From the NCBI GenBank assembly GCA_016214745.1, contig JACRNW010000001.1:67150-131149 (forward strand): a DNA stretch of 64,000 bases, in the 5' to 3' direction. The position numbers and the translations under genes were made by a program. Each line of letters starts with the position of its first letter. Position 1 is the stretch's first letter. Shown one piece after another: positions 31,878 to 41,871 of this stretch. This stretch comes from Candidatus Falkowbacteria bacterium (GTDB taxonomy: Bacteria; Patescibacteriota; Patescibacteriia; XYB2-FULL-38-15). The notes beneath the pieces were generated by a model. That model saw nothing but the letters and a program-made list of their open reading frames with translations, was not told the DNA's origin and ran no database searches.

Positions 31878-31946
31878 ACATTTTAATTTAAAAAGACTGC
31901 GGGTGATTGCCCCCAGTCTTTTTATTATCCATGAATGGATTTATTT

Positions 31947-33080
31947 TTAGCGCGAACCAAGATAAATCTTTTTAATTTCAGAAACCACATACTCCCAATT
32001 ATAATTCGCGGCAACAAATTTCTTGGCCTCATTTCCTTTTTCTCCCAAATCCCTTCTCGCCAAAACTTCCTTAAGTCGCAAAGTTAAATCAGAAACATTT
32101 TTATTTTGGAAACTAAAACCATAATCTTTTATCAACTCCATATTTTCCGGAATATCAGAAGCCAAAACAACTTTTCCGTAACTCATGGCTTCAAGTACGG
32201 CAATCGGCAATCCTTCTGACTCTGAAGGATGCACAACTGCGAGAGAATTTAAAAACAAATCCTCAAGCGGCCGGCCGGATTGAAAACCGACAAAAATAAT
32301 ATCTAAATCTTCTTTAGCCAAATTTTTAAGTTCTCTGACATAATCGTCGGTAAAAGCCGAATCACCGGCAAGAACCAATTTCAAGCCGCGGAAACTCGCG
32401 TCTTTTTCTTTAAGGTCCTGAAATGCCCGGATCAAATAATGAGCGCCTTTATGGCGAACAAGACGTGATACCATGAGCAAGTATTTATCTTTTTCCAGAT
32501 TATATTTTGCTAAAATCTCTGAAGACGGACTTAAATTCTTTTCCATTACCGTAACTCCGTTTGGAACATAAGAAGTATCTTTATCATAAGCTTCAGAACA
32601 ATATTGCTGAAGGGTTTTGGAAACAGTAATTGTTTCATGGGCAAAACGGCAAGCGGCCCATTCCCCCGCCCGAAGAGTGAGTTTTGCAAAAAGACCCCAC
32701 TTTTGATGTTTGCGATCAATACAATGAAAAGTGGTTACAATTTTAGTTTTGCGGCAAAAAATTCTGGGCAACCAAGAAAGCAGCGACGGTCCAACGCCAT
32801 GGTAATGAATAATATCGTATTTTCCAAACATGGCGTAAATCGTTGCCAAAAAAGTATGCGAAATCGCATCAAAATGTTTAGTTTTTAATGACGGCAAATA
32901 AACTAAATTAATACCTTTATAGCTTTTAGGAAATTCCGATTTGCTTCCATACCACGGCCGGCAAAAAACCGTAACGTCAAAACCGCCCTCGGAAAGGCGA
33001 GTGCTTAATTCCTCTACGTGGCGTTCAATGCCGCCGTAGACGGCCGGTATTCCCTTTTGTCCAACCATGGCGATTTTCAT
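31947..33080 (-). CDS. Glycosyltransferase family 4
   Basis: MKIAMVGQKGIPAVYGGIERHVEEL; EGLPIAVLEAMSYG; promoter TTGACA-17-TAAGCT at 33119-33147. Confidence 0.9.
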   Translation of the reverse strand: MKIAMVGQKGIPAVYGGIERHVEELSTRLSEGGFDVTVFCRPWYGSKSEFPKSYKGINLVYLPSLKTKHFDAISHTFLATIYAMFGKYDIIHYHGVGPSLLSWLPRIFCRKTKIVTTFHCIDRKHQKWGLFAKLTLRAGEWAACRFAHETITVSKTLQQYCSEAYDKDTSYVPNGVTVMEKNLSPSSEILAKYNLEKDKYLLMVSRLVRHKGAHYLIRAFQDLKEKDASFRGLKLVLAGDSAFTDDYVRELKNLAKEDLDIIFVGFQSGRPLEDLFLNSLAVVHPSESEGLPIAVLEAMSYGKVVLASDIPENMELIKDYGFSFQNKNVSDLTLRLKEVLARRDLGEKGNEAKKFVAANYNWEYVVSEIKKIYLGSR

Positions 33081-33221
33081 AATAAAATAGCTTATTTGCG
33101 TCAGTTTTATGACCCTACAGCTTAGCAAATTTTAAACGTTTTGTCAAGAGGACAATTACAAAAACCGACCTTTCGGCCGGCTTTTACCAATTACCAATTA
33201 CTATTTACTAATTACTAATTT

Positions 33222-34541
33222 CTATTTAACCACTTTACTTTTACCTCCCGCTAAACTGTCGTAGATTAAATTAGTCGTGAGATCGGGCGCGTCTTTTTCC
33301 AAAAATTCACCCGTAAATTTATCTTCCCCGTAAACTTTAATTTTACCAAGAAGGGTCGGCTCCTTACCCAACTGCTCGGCGGTCGGCGTCAAGGCCAATT
33401 CAAACGCGACTCCTCGTTTTGGCCAATCTTCGCCGGTGTAATGACCAACGTCCCCCACTTTCCAGGTTATTGTGCGTCTCGTTGAATTATAACTTAACTC
33501 GCCAAGCGTTACGCTCATCTTTTCCGTCCAAAAAACATTTGGCGGCAAAACCGCGGAGACCGAAACATCTGCAAGATCATTTAGATTATTATCAACACTC
33601 AAAAAAATCCAATATCTGGTCGTTTCGCCGACTTTCGGCGGCAAAGGACCAAGGCCCAGCTGATCCCCTTCCTCCGTATAATATCTTGCCAGACTTTCCA
33701 AAAATAAATCTGAATTAAATTTATCTTCCCGCGCTGCGCTTTTGAATTTATAAGCCTGGCCAAAATCACTTTCCAATTTATAAGAAATTTCAATTGAACT
33801 TGAAAGAAGGCTGCCAAATTTCAATGCCAAGGACGGTTCCGCGGCCATATCAGTGCTAATTTTAAACTTTAATTCTCCAGTCGCGCCCGGCGATAATTTT
33901 TTGAAATCAGAAACTTGATCTTTTGTCCAAACAACCGCTCCGCTCCGCAATACGCCTTGCCCCAAAGAAAGTTTATTAAAATCAAGTAACGCTCCCTCTA
34001 AATTAACTTTTACGGCAACATCATAAAGATCCTTATCCCTGCCATTACTATATATGATGGCATACTCCAAATCTTCGCCGGGATTTACAACGATTGATTC
34101 CTGCCCGTTAATTTTCATCTGCGTTTTCAAAAATGATTCGGCGACTGGCCCGGACACAACTCCCTCCCCCGGCAGTTCAGGAAAATTAAACCAAGACAAA
34201 TAATTCCCGGTCATTATGCGGCTCGCAAACAAATATAAATTAAAACCGAAAAGAATTCCGAGCATCCCCAACAAAATCAAATCAATTATAAAATGCTTTC
34301 TTCTCTCTCCATATCGCCGTTCGTGGCTTTCTTTTAAACTTTGGTAAGGCGCCGCGAAAAAATTTATTGTGCCAATCAAAATGCCACCTCTTTTTGTTTG
34401 CGGCAGGGCCGCCTCCTTTGCTTCAACTTTAACCACCTCGCCGCGCGGCGAGCAGACTACTTCTTTTTTATCGGACGACTCCACACAAACCACTTCTTGC
34501 GGCTCCGTTAATTTTTCTTTTTTATTCTTCTTTATTTTCAT
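33222..34541 (-). CDS. Membrane-anchored hypothetical protein with DUF11-like beta domains
   Basis: One TM; PGEDLEYAIIYSN, GPLPPKVGETTRYWIF. Confidence 0.6.
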   Translation of the reverse strand: MKIKKNKKEKLTEPQEVVCVESSDKKEVVCSPRGEVVKVEAKEAALPQTKRGGILIGTINFFAAPYQSLKESHERRYGERRKHFIIDLILLGMLGILFGFNLYLFASRIMTGNYLSWFNFPELPGEGVVSGPVAESFLKTQMKINGQESIVVNPGEDLEYAIIYSNGRDKDLYDVAVKVNLEGALLDFNKLSLGQGVLRSGAVVWTKDQVSDFKKLSPGATGELKFKISTDMAAEPSLALKFGSLLSSSIEISYKLESDFGQAYKFKSAAREDKFNSDLFLESLARYYTEEGDQLGLGPLPPKVGETTRYWIFLSVDNNLNDLADVSVSAVLPPNVFWTEKMSVTLGELSYNSTRRTITWKVGDVGHYTGEDWPKRGVAFELALTPTAEQLGKEPTLLGKIKVYGEDKFTGEFLEKDAPDLTTNLIYDSLAGGKSKVVK

Positions 34542-34569
34542 ATTTAGATCAAATATTTTAAAAATTATT

Positions 34570-36726
34570 TTACTGGCTGGAAAAAGAAAAAACATCGGTG
34601 GTTGAAGTAATTATTTCCGCCTTGCCATCATTATCCAAATCTTCCGCCGCGACCATTACGCCGCCGCGGCTTTGGGAACTAAAGGCAAAAAATTCGGCTT
34701 TAAGCGAAAAATCTTTCGCGTCAAAAACTTTTACGTCAGGACTGCCGCCGATTCCCGGACCGGTAATAATCTCTGCCCGGCCATTGCCGTCAAGATCAGC
34801 CATTGCCACATTTACTCCGCCGCGAAAAGACGGATCATAGGCAAAAAATCCCGGATGCATTAATTTTCCGCCGCCGGAAAAAACCCTGACATGAGGACCG
34901 CCGCCAAAGCCGGCGCCGGTAATAATTTCCGGCCAGCCGTTGCCGTCGGTATCTCCCACGGCAACAGAAACCCCGCCGCGGAAATTTTTGCCGTAAGCAA
35001 AAAATCCCGGATGGATTAACCGTCCCTGCCAATTAAAAATTCTAACGTGCGGTCCGCCGCCGCGGAGCGTTCCGGTAACGATTTCTAACTTTCCATCGTG
35101 ATTCAAATCACCGACCGCAAAATTTATTCCTTTATTATAATTTTCATCATAAGGATAAAAAGACGAAATCTTTTCTCCTCGGCTATTAAATATTTCCACC
35201 TTTGCGTCGCTTGCCACCACGGTTTCACGAGATCCGTCTTGATTTAAATCAACTGAAGCAACCTGGCTCGCCGGTTTATATTTACTTTCATAAGTAAAGA
35301 AACCCGTTCTTTTAAGTTTTCCGCTGCCGTCAAACACGCGGGCAAAAGAGCCATTTTGAAAATTTGAAACCGTCTTGGCTTCAGTCCGCCGCAGAAGAAT
35401 AATTCCGTCGTTCGGCCCGAGATTCACGCTCGTGACAACTGACCCGTCATTTACCGCCTTATCCTGAATTCCGTGAATTTTTTCAAACTCTTCGTCTAAA
35501 TCAATCGTCTTCGCCGCGCTTCCGGAATTTAGAAGAACTATTCCATTTTGAAAATCTCGACGCCACACTCCGGTTGTAACTTTAGTGCTGCCGGTCAAAA
35601 AATTGTAAGCTGAGTTCAGCGGTTTCCCCAAAAAAACATCATACTCGTCGTACCACCAAAGCTGATTATGGGCCTGGTCGCCGTAATCAAAACTAAAATA
35701 ACCATCGCCCAAAAGAGCGCTCGCGAGACAAAAACGCATTTTTTTATAATCATCCTGCCGGCCTGTATTTTCCGTATTACAATTTAAAATGGTCGTCTTC
35801 GGCGCCTGGCCATTGTTTAAAATGAAAAAATAATTATTCAAAACGTCAACCCATCCGTATCTGTGAAAATGTTCTATGGATATGCCGTTTAAGTTCGCGA
35901 AATAAATCTTACTGCTCGCGCCGCCGGCCTGATTCCCGACAATTATTTTTCCGGGCGCGAGCTCTCTTGTCCGCCGGAAAATTTTATCCATTCCTTCACG
36001 CCATTTTTGATCCGACACGGCCGGCGACTCGGCCTGGCCATCGCGATTTAAATCAATCTCGTTGCCCGAAGGCATCCAAGAAACGCCGTCCCACGCGTTA
36101 TCGTAAAAAACTCCGTCCCAATACGGCTGACTTAAAATTTCTCGCGCTACAAATTCCGGCAAATAATCATTCCACTTTTTCCCGCTTCCGTCGGTCGGAG
36201 AATCTTCCGTGACGTTTAGGAGCCACGTTCCCGGCCACCAAACAAGACGACCGCCGCCAGAAGAATTAAGCCACCAAGAATCGGACATTCCGTTATATAG
36301 TTTTCTCCGCAAACTATTTGATTTCAATTTATAAACGTTGGAGGTAAATTCTTGCGAAGTAATATATGCTAAAATTTTTATCTGCGGATTGTATTCTCTA
36401 ATTTTTTTCAAATTATCCGGCGTGTTGATCTGCGCTTCCATATCAATAACCAAAACATCCCATTTAGCCAATTCTTGCGCTTCGCCGGCAGTAATATCCC
36501 ACTTGAAAAAAAGATTGGCTATCCGGGGATAATTTTCCCCTTCGCTCACCGCCTGAATGGAAAAATCCGGATTTTTTTGATTATAAAAAATAGCCGAGAG
36601 AGCAATCGTCCCGACTACCAAACTCAACGTTAAATATTTTAAATATTTATTTCTAAGCCAAAACAAACCTACTCCCACGCCCGGCGCATCATGATCAATT
36701 TTAATTTTTTGTTTTTGACCCGGCAT
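34570..36726 (-). CDS. Putative glycoside hydrolase (GHL15-like TIM barrel) with FG-GAP-type repeats
   Basis: LAKWDVLVID, WDGVFYDN, GVWRRDFQNGIVLLN; C-terminal GDLNHDGK.EI.TG..GGGPHVR repeats. Confidence 0.65.
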   Translation of the reverse strand: MPGQKQKIKIDHDAPGVGVGLFWLRNKYLKYLTLSLVVGTIALSAIFYNQKNPDFSIQAVSEGENYPRIANLFFKWDITAGEAQELAKWDVLVIDMEAQINTPDNLKKIREYNPQIKILAYITSQEFTSNVYKLKSNSLRRKLYNGMSDSWWLNSSGGGRLVWWPGTWLLNVTEDSPTDGSGKKWNDYLPEFVAREILSQPYWDGVFYDNAWDGVSWMPSGNEIDLNRDGQAESPAVSDQKWREGMDKIFRRTRELAPGKIIVGNQAGGASSKIYFANLNGISIEHFHRYGWVDVLNNYFFILNNGQAPKTTILNCNTENTGRQDDYKKMRFCLASALLGDGYFSFDYGDQAHNQLWWYDEYDVFLGKPLNSAYNFLTGSTKVTTGVWRRDFQNGIVLLNSGSAAKTIDLDEEFEKIHGIQDKAVNDGSVVTSVNLGPNDGIILLRRTEAKTVSNFQNGSFARVFDGSGKLKRTGFFTYESKYKPASQVASVDLNQDGSRETVVASDAKVEIFNSRGEKISSFYPYDENYNKGINFAVGDLNHDGKLEIVTGTLRGGGPHVRIFNWQGRLIHPGFFAYGKNFRGGVSVAVGDTDGNGWPEIITGAGFGGGPHVRVFSGGGKLMHPGFFAYDPSFRGGVNVAMADLDGNGRAEIITGPGIGGSPDVKVFDAKDFSLKAEFFAFSSQSRGGVMVAAEDLDNDGKAEIITSTTDVFSFSSQ

Positions 36727-36768
36727 GCGAACTTACAACTTACGACCAAGAACCACAACTTGCTGTTG

Positions 36769-37986
36769 TTAATCGTTTGTCGTAAGTGTCTCGTAAACTT
36801 TCATTATTTTTTTATAATGATCTTCTGGAGAATTATTTTCCAAAATCATTTCTCTTGCCCGCCGGCCCATTTTTTCGCATAAATCGTTATCGCCGAATAA
36901 CCGTTGTATTTTTTCTCGAAAATCATTCACATCATTTGGCGCGGCCAAAAATCCGTTTTCCCCGTCATAAATAATTTCCGGAATTCCGCCCAGACTGCTC
37001 GCCACTGCCGCCTTGCCCAGAGCGCCGGCCTCAAGCAAAGACATGGGATAGTTTTCATACCAAATTGACGGTAAGACCACAAATTTTGAATCTCTAATCA
37101 AATCATGTAATTCTTTACCACTTTTATGTTCAACAAATTCTACATTAACTTTTAACTTTTCACTTTTAACTTTTAACTTTTCACTTTCCTGTCCGTCGCC
37201 GACAATTTTTAATTTTATGTCCGTATCAGCCAAAGCCCGAAAAAGAATATCTATTCCTTTTTCTTTTGCCAATCTGCCAAAATAAATAACGTAATCGCCT
37301 GGTTCATATTTTGGCAAAAATCGGCTCGCGTCAAGAAAAAGCGGGGTATTTTCCACTTTTGATTTAACTTGCCACGCCGCCAATTTTCCCGCCAAAAATT
37401 TTGATGGCGTAACAAAACACTTTACGCCTTTTTCATAAAATTGGCAAGCCCGGTGAAAAAACATCTCTTTGGCCTCGGCTAAACTTTGGAAACGCGAGTC
37501 GTGAACGCAGCGATGAAACACGGCGTTCCAATATCTATATTTTTTACATCTTTCGCAAACCGCCCCTTCGGTAAATAATTTAAAATTCGGACAAATTAAC
37601 TGATAATCGTGCAAAGTTTGCACCACCGGAATTTTATATTTTTTAAACACGCTAAAAATTGACGGAGAAATATGGTGGGAAATGTTATGCAAATGAGCGA
37701 TGTCCGGTTTTGTCGCAATAATTAATTTTTCTAATTTTTTCTTCGCCTCAAAAGAATAAAGCGAATGGCCAAATTTCTTTAAATCCCGGACTAATCCTTC
37801 CCTCTTCCCAAAATTTATTTCTTCAATAAAAAATTCATCATTCGGCGAAGCGAGATTCGCTCCGGCCTTGGTGCTGAAATGAATAACTTCGTGGCCATTT
37901 TTTTTAAGCAAATCTGCGAGTTCAAAAAAATAAGTCTCGCTGCCTCCGCGCCGATAAAAAAACTTGTTGACCTGAAGAATGCGCAT
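36769..37986 (-). CDS. Glycosyltransferase family 4
   Basis: NKFFYRRGGSETY; TLHDYQLICP; WYENYPMSLLEA. Confidence 0.9.
   Translation of the reverse strand: MRILQVNKFFYRRGGSETYFFELADLLKKNGHEVIHFSTKAGANLASPNDEFFIEEINFGKREGLVRDLKKFGHSLYSFEAKKKLEKLIIATKPDIAHLHNISHHISPSIFSVFKKYKIPVVQTLHDYQLICPNFKLFTEGAVCERCKKYRYWNAVFHRCVHDSRFQSLAEAKEMFFHRACQFYEKGVKCFVTPSKFLAGKLAAWQVKSKVENTPLFLDASRFLPKYEPGDYVIYFGRLAKEKGIDILFRALADTDIKLKIVGDGQESEKLKVKSEKLKVNVEFVEHKSGKELHDLIRDSKFVVLPSIWYENYPMSLLEAGALGKAAVASSLGGIPEIIYDGENGFLAAPNDVNDFREKIQRLFGDNDLCEKMGRRAREMILENNSPEDHYKKIMKVYETLTTND
37145..37186. repeat. Six tandem 7-bp units TT(A/C)ACTT inside the GT4 gene, encoding KSEKLKV-type repeats
   Basis: ttaactt ttaactt ttcactt ttaactt ttaactt ttcactt. 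Confidence 0.85.
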
Positions 37987-38060
37987 ATACTCAAAACAAT
38001 AAATTACTTAATTACCACGAGTTACCGAGTTACCGTCTTTGTAATTAAGTAATTGGGTAA

Positions 38061-39152
38061 CTAAGTAATTTTTTTATTCACTAATTCTTTATAAAGATTC
38101 TCGTATGACCCAACCATTTTTTCCACGCCAAATTTTTCTTCTGCCATTGCTCTTGCCCTCGCCCCCATTTCTTTCGCTTCGGCGGATCCCAAAAGAATAT
38201 GCTCCAAGCCGTCAGCCAAACTTTTAACATTTTTTGGTTCAACTAAAATCCCCGTTCTATCTTCCTCAATTATTTCCGGAATGCCGCCAACCCGAGAAGC
38301 AACAATCGGTTTGCCCGCCGCGGCGGCTTCCAAAACGGCAATGCCCAACCCTTCCCAGAGCGAAGGCAAAACAAAAATATCTATTTGATTTAAAATCTCG
38401 GCGATATTGCGCCTCGCCCCCAAAAAAATTATTCTTTCGCGCAAATTTAAATCTTTAGCCAATCGTTCAAGTTCACTTTTTTTTGAACCGTCACCCACCA
38501 CCCAAAGAATCCAGGGAATAGTTTTAATTAAATTCAATGCCTCAAAAAGATATTTATAACCTTTTTGTTCTTCAAGCCGGCCGACCACTCCAATAATCGG
38601 CGGATCGCCAAAATCTTTTTCCGATGAAGAAATAAATTTCTCCAAATCAATTCCATTTTGAACTACAACTATCTTTTTTGCCCTAATTTTATCATAGACC
38701 ACCGAATAATTTTTAACTGCTTCAGAAACGGCGACAATTTTTTTAGTAAAATGGCTCAAAAACTTTTTTAATTTTCTTTTGGCCCAACCTTCATCCAAAT
38801 TTGTATTGTGCTCCGTTGAAATAATTATTGGCACTCGAGCCAAAACGGCGGCAATCCGTCCCCAAGTATCTCCGCCAAAAAGATGGGTATGAACAATATC
38901 CGGTTTTTCCCGGCGTAAAAATCTCCAAAGTTTAAAAATTAATCCGAGACCGATTTTCCCTCTTTTTTCAAAAATGCGCACCTCTATCCCCGCTTCTTTA
39001 AAATCTTGGACTAATGGCCCGCCCCGAACTGCCGTGGCAACTTTAACTTCAAAATTATCAGCTGAAAGTCGGCGTGCTAAATCAAAAAGCATTGTTTCCG
39101 CGCCGCCAAAAGGTAAACCGGTTATAATATGTATAATTTTTATTTTTCTCAT
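38061..39152 (-). CDS. Glycosyltransferase family 4
   Basis: ATG at 39152 MRKIKIIHIITGLPFGGAE; WEGLGIAVLEAAAAGKP. Confidence 0.9.
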   Translation of the reverse strand: MRKIKIIHIITGLPFGGAETMLFDLARRLSADNFEVKVATAVRGGPLVQDFKEAGIEVRIFEKRGKIGLGLIFKLWRFLRREKPDIVHTHLFGGDTWGRIAAVLARVPIIISTEHNTNLDEGWAKRKLKKFLSHFTKKIVAVSEAVKNYSVVYDKIRAKKIVVVQNGIDLEKFISSSEKDFGDPPIIGVVGRLEEQKGYKYLFEALNLIKTIPWILWVVGDGSKKSELERLAKDLNLRERIIFLGARRNIAEILNQIDIFVLPSLWEGLGIAVLEAAAAGKPIVASRVGGIPEIIEEDRTGILVEPKNVKSLADGLEHILLGSAEAKEMGARARAMAEEKFGVEKMVGSYENLYKELVNKKIT

Positions 39153-39154
39153 AA

Positions 39155-40594
39155 TTACATTTTTACCGCGGGTTTTGCCTCTTCGGCCAACCGCGCCGCG
39201 GCAAGCGCCACACCGAGCGGCAGCCACATTTTAGAAACAAAATAAGAAGTGTTGAAAAGTTGGAAAATAATGCTGCCGGCCGAAGTTAGAATCAGAGCTA
39301 AAAGAATACATTTATAAGGAGAATCTTCCGGCGTTTGTCTGTAAGTTCCAACCAGCCGCCAGATAATGTAACCAAGTAAAGAAAAAAATGTCAAAAAACC
39401 GAGCGCCCCAGTTTCAGCCAAAAGTTTTTGCACCACGCCATGAGCCTCGGACGGACTGCCAAAATCAACAATATACCATCGATTCATCGCCACTTGTTCA
39501 ACAAAAGTTCCGGCGCCGGCGCCGACAATCGGATGTTTAATAAAAGTTTCAAGAGCGATTTTGGTCAGCGCCAAACGATTCATATTAGAACTTCTAACAA
39601 TCTCGCTCGTCATAAAAATGTAGCCGTAAACCAAAAGCGGCGAAAGAATCAGCATAACCACGAGACCGAGTTCAAAATAATTTCTTATATTTTTTCTATA
39701 TTTTATTAAAACCAAAGCTAAAAGTTCAAAGGCCAGAGCAATCCATCCCGTTCTGGAAAAAGTCAGGAGATTAATCGCCGCCATCAAAAGCACGCCGGTT
39801 ATTAAAAGTTTTTTAAGCCAAATCTCTTTGGCTTCCCAAATTAAAATAAAACCGATTGGAATAACACTGATTAAAACTTCGGCAATCAAATTATGATTAG
39901 TCCCAAGAATCGGCACGCCAAAAATTGGCAAAGGCAGAGCGCGCCGCAGAAGCCCGGAATTTTCAGAAAATAAAATTGACCAAAGGCCCATTAGGGCGAC
40001 AAAAATTCCCACCGCGTAAAAAATTCTAAGAACATTTAAAAGAACTTTTTTGGAATTAATAACATTATATGGTAATACAACAAACATCAGATAGAAAAAT
40101 GTCAGCGGCCGGAAAATATACTTTAAACTGTAAAGAATATTTTCCGCGTTGATTAAAGATAGAAGCGAAGCCGCAAAAAATAAAAAGAAAAAGAATAGGC
40201 CGGGAAAATTTTCAAAAGAAAGTTTTGCGCCCCCACCCATCTGTTTTATAAAATGAAGCCCTCCATGAGGCGGAAGAAGCAAAGAACGCAGCGCCCAAGA
40301 GGCAAAAACTACCATGGCAATTAAATCAACGTAAGGAACATTGATATCGCGTCCGATGAACAACTGCAAATAAATAAATGGATAGAGCAGCACCATCAAA
40401 TACAACCCGAGAGTGATAAAACGAAAAAAGAAAAGCAAAATTAAAATTGCCAAGAGAATGCCTAAAACATATTGCCAGGGAGCAAAAAGCGCGACAATCG
40501 TAATTCCAACAATCAAAACCAGCGTCCAAATCAAAAAACGCTTTTGCTCTTCAGGCGTATGCCCGGGAAATAAAGTTTGGCCGAGATGCATCAT
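39155..40594 (-). CDS. O-antigen ligase / Wzy-like polymerase
   Basis: About 12 TM segments; LTFSRTGW, HPIVGAGAG, AHG....LAETG. Confidence 0.85.
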   Translation of the reverse strand: MMHLGQTLFPGHTPEEQKRFLIWTLVLIVGITIVALFAPWQYVLGILLAILILLFFFRFITLGLYLMVLLYPFIYLQLFIGRDINVPYVDLIAMVVFASWALRSLLLPPHGGLHFIKQMGGGAKLSFENFPGLFFFFLFFAASLLSLINAENILYSLKYIFRPLTFFYLMFVVLPYNVINSKKVLLNVLRIFYAVGIFVALMGLWSILFSENSGLLRRALPLPIFGVPILGTNHNLIAEVLISVIPIGFILIWEAKEIWLKKLLITGVLLMAAINLLTFSRTGWIALAFELLALVLIKYRKNIRNYFELGLVVMLILSPLLVYGYIFMTSEIVRSSNMNRLALTKIALETFIKHPIVGAGAGTFVEQVAMNRWYIVDFGSPSEAHGVVQKLLAETGALGFLTFFSLLGYIIWRLVGTYRQTPEDSPYKCILLALILTSAGSIIFQLFNTSYFVSKMWLPLGVALAAARLAEEAKPAVKM

Positions 40595-40612
40595 AAACTT
40601 CCTGTTTTAACC

Positions 40613-41599
40613 CTATCTTTTGAATTTATTTCTAAAAATCCACCAGCCCACCCTAAAAGGGTGATTTTTAATCGCCGTTCTCGCCGTGCAAATCATCCAA
40701 ACATCTTGTTTCGCCTCGCGAACTTTCGCGCGCGCCGCTTCCGCTTCGGGAGAATTCCAAATTTCTTCAAAATTTTTCTCGTGCAAATTACCCATCACGG
40801 CGTTATGCACGACTGACGGATAAACTTTGCCAAACGGATCAAGAAAGAAAAAATCTGTTCCGGCCCGCGAAGGCAGAGCTTGCTTGCCGGTTTTGGCGAA
40901 ATTATAGAGACTATCGGCAAAATAAGTCCGCGCCCATCTCTTCGGCTGCCAACCATGCAACTCTTGTCTAATAACATAATTAAATTGCTCTTTCAAAATA
41001 TTGATATCCGGAGATTCCTGCACTTGTTTGCCTCCGAAGAAAAATTCTGAGCTCTGGGCCAAAGCCAAAGTAAATTGCACACCAAGTTCTCTTGATAAAT
41101 CGTAAACTTTGCTCATGTGCAAAATATTTTGTTTTGAAATAGTAAAAGCTAAACGCAGATTATTCATCCCAACTTCTTCGCGCAATACTTTCACGGTCTT
41201 TGTCGCTAAATTAAATCCTCCGGGAATGCCGCGGATTTTGTCGTGCATTTCACCGATTCCGTCAATTGAAATCCCAACTCCGGCTGTGGGAACATATTTT
41301 AAAATTTCCCGCATTTTTTCTTTAATCAAATCTGTGAGATAACCGTTTGTGGAAATAACAGTTCTCGCCTTTGGGCAGGTTTCGTGCAAAATTCTTACTA
41401 AATCTACGATGTCTTGCCGCAAAAACGGTTCGCCGCCGCTTACATTAATATCGCACAAAGTCGGCGGCAATTTTTTATATTGTTCCAGCTCCAGCTCCGG
41501 CGTATCTTTTAGTTTCCAAATATCGCACATCGTGCAGCGCGAATTACACCGATACGTCACGGCTAAAACACAATCAATGGGGAGATTTACTTTATTCAT
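40613..41599 (-). CDS. Radical SAM protein with SPASM/twitch-like C-terminus
   Basis: CNSRCTMC, SGGEPFLR, SIDG, GNLHEKNFEEIWNS. Confidence 0.85.
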   Translation of the reverse strand: MNKVNLPIDCVLAVTYRCNSRCTMCDIWKLKDTPELELEQYKKLPPTLCDINVSGGEPFLRQDIVDLVRILHETCPKARTVISTNGYLTDLIKEKMREILKYVPTAGVGISIDGIGEMHDKIRGIPGGFNLATKTVKVLREEVGMNNLRLAFTISKQNILHMSKVYDLSRELGVQFTLALAQSSEFFFGGKQVQESPDINILKEQFNYVIRQELHGWQPKRWARTYFADSLYNFAKTGKQALPSRAGTDFFFLDPFGKVYPSVVHNAVMGNLHEKNFEEIWNSPEAEAARAKVREAKQDVWMICTARTAIKNHPFRVGWWIFRNKFKR

Positions 41600-41631
41600 A
41601 TATTTATACCATTATAGCATCTCACGAGAAT

Positions 41632-41691
41632 AAAAAAAGCGGGCGGGACGCTCTACGTGTCACTTTCTCAACACGTAAAACGCCCGCCCGC
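41632..41691 (-). terminator. Long hairpin plus U-tract ending the GC-rich lipoprotein unit
   Basis: Minus strand gcgggcgggcg-ttttacgtgt..acacgtagag-cgtcccgcccgc-ttttttt. Confidence 0.7.
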
Positions 41692-41871
41692 AGCCCCAGT
41701 TCAGGGGCAGCGGATCAGCTGGACCAACTTGCATCGGCCCATTTGACCACATCTCGCACCCCGTCTGCTGGGGTGCAGGGATTTCCGGGGAGGGAGAAAC
41801 GGAAACCCCCACACTCTCCTCCTCGTCCGCCATGTGATGGCGGACTTACGAATTGTCCCTCCGGGAGGTTG

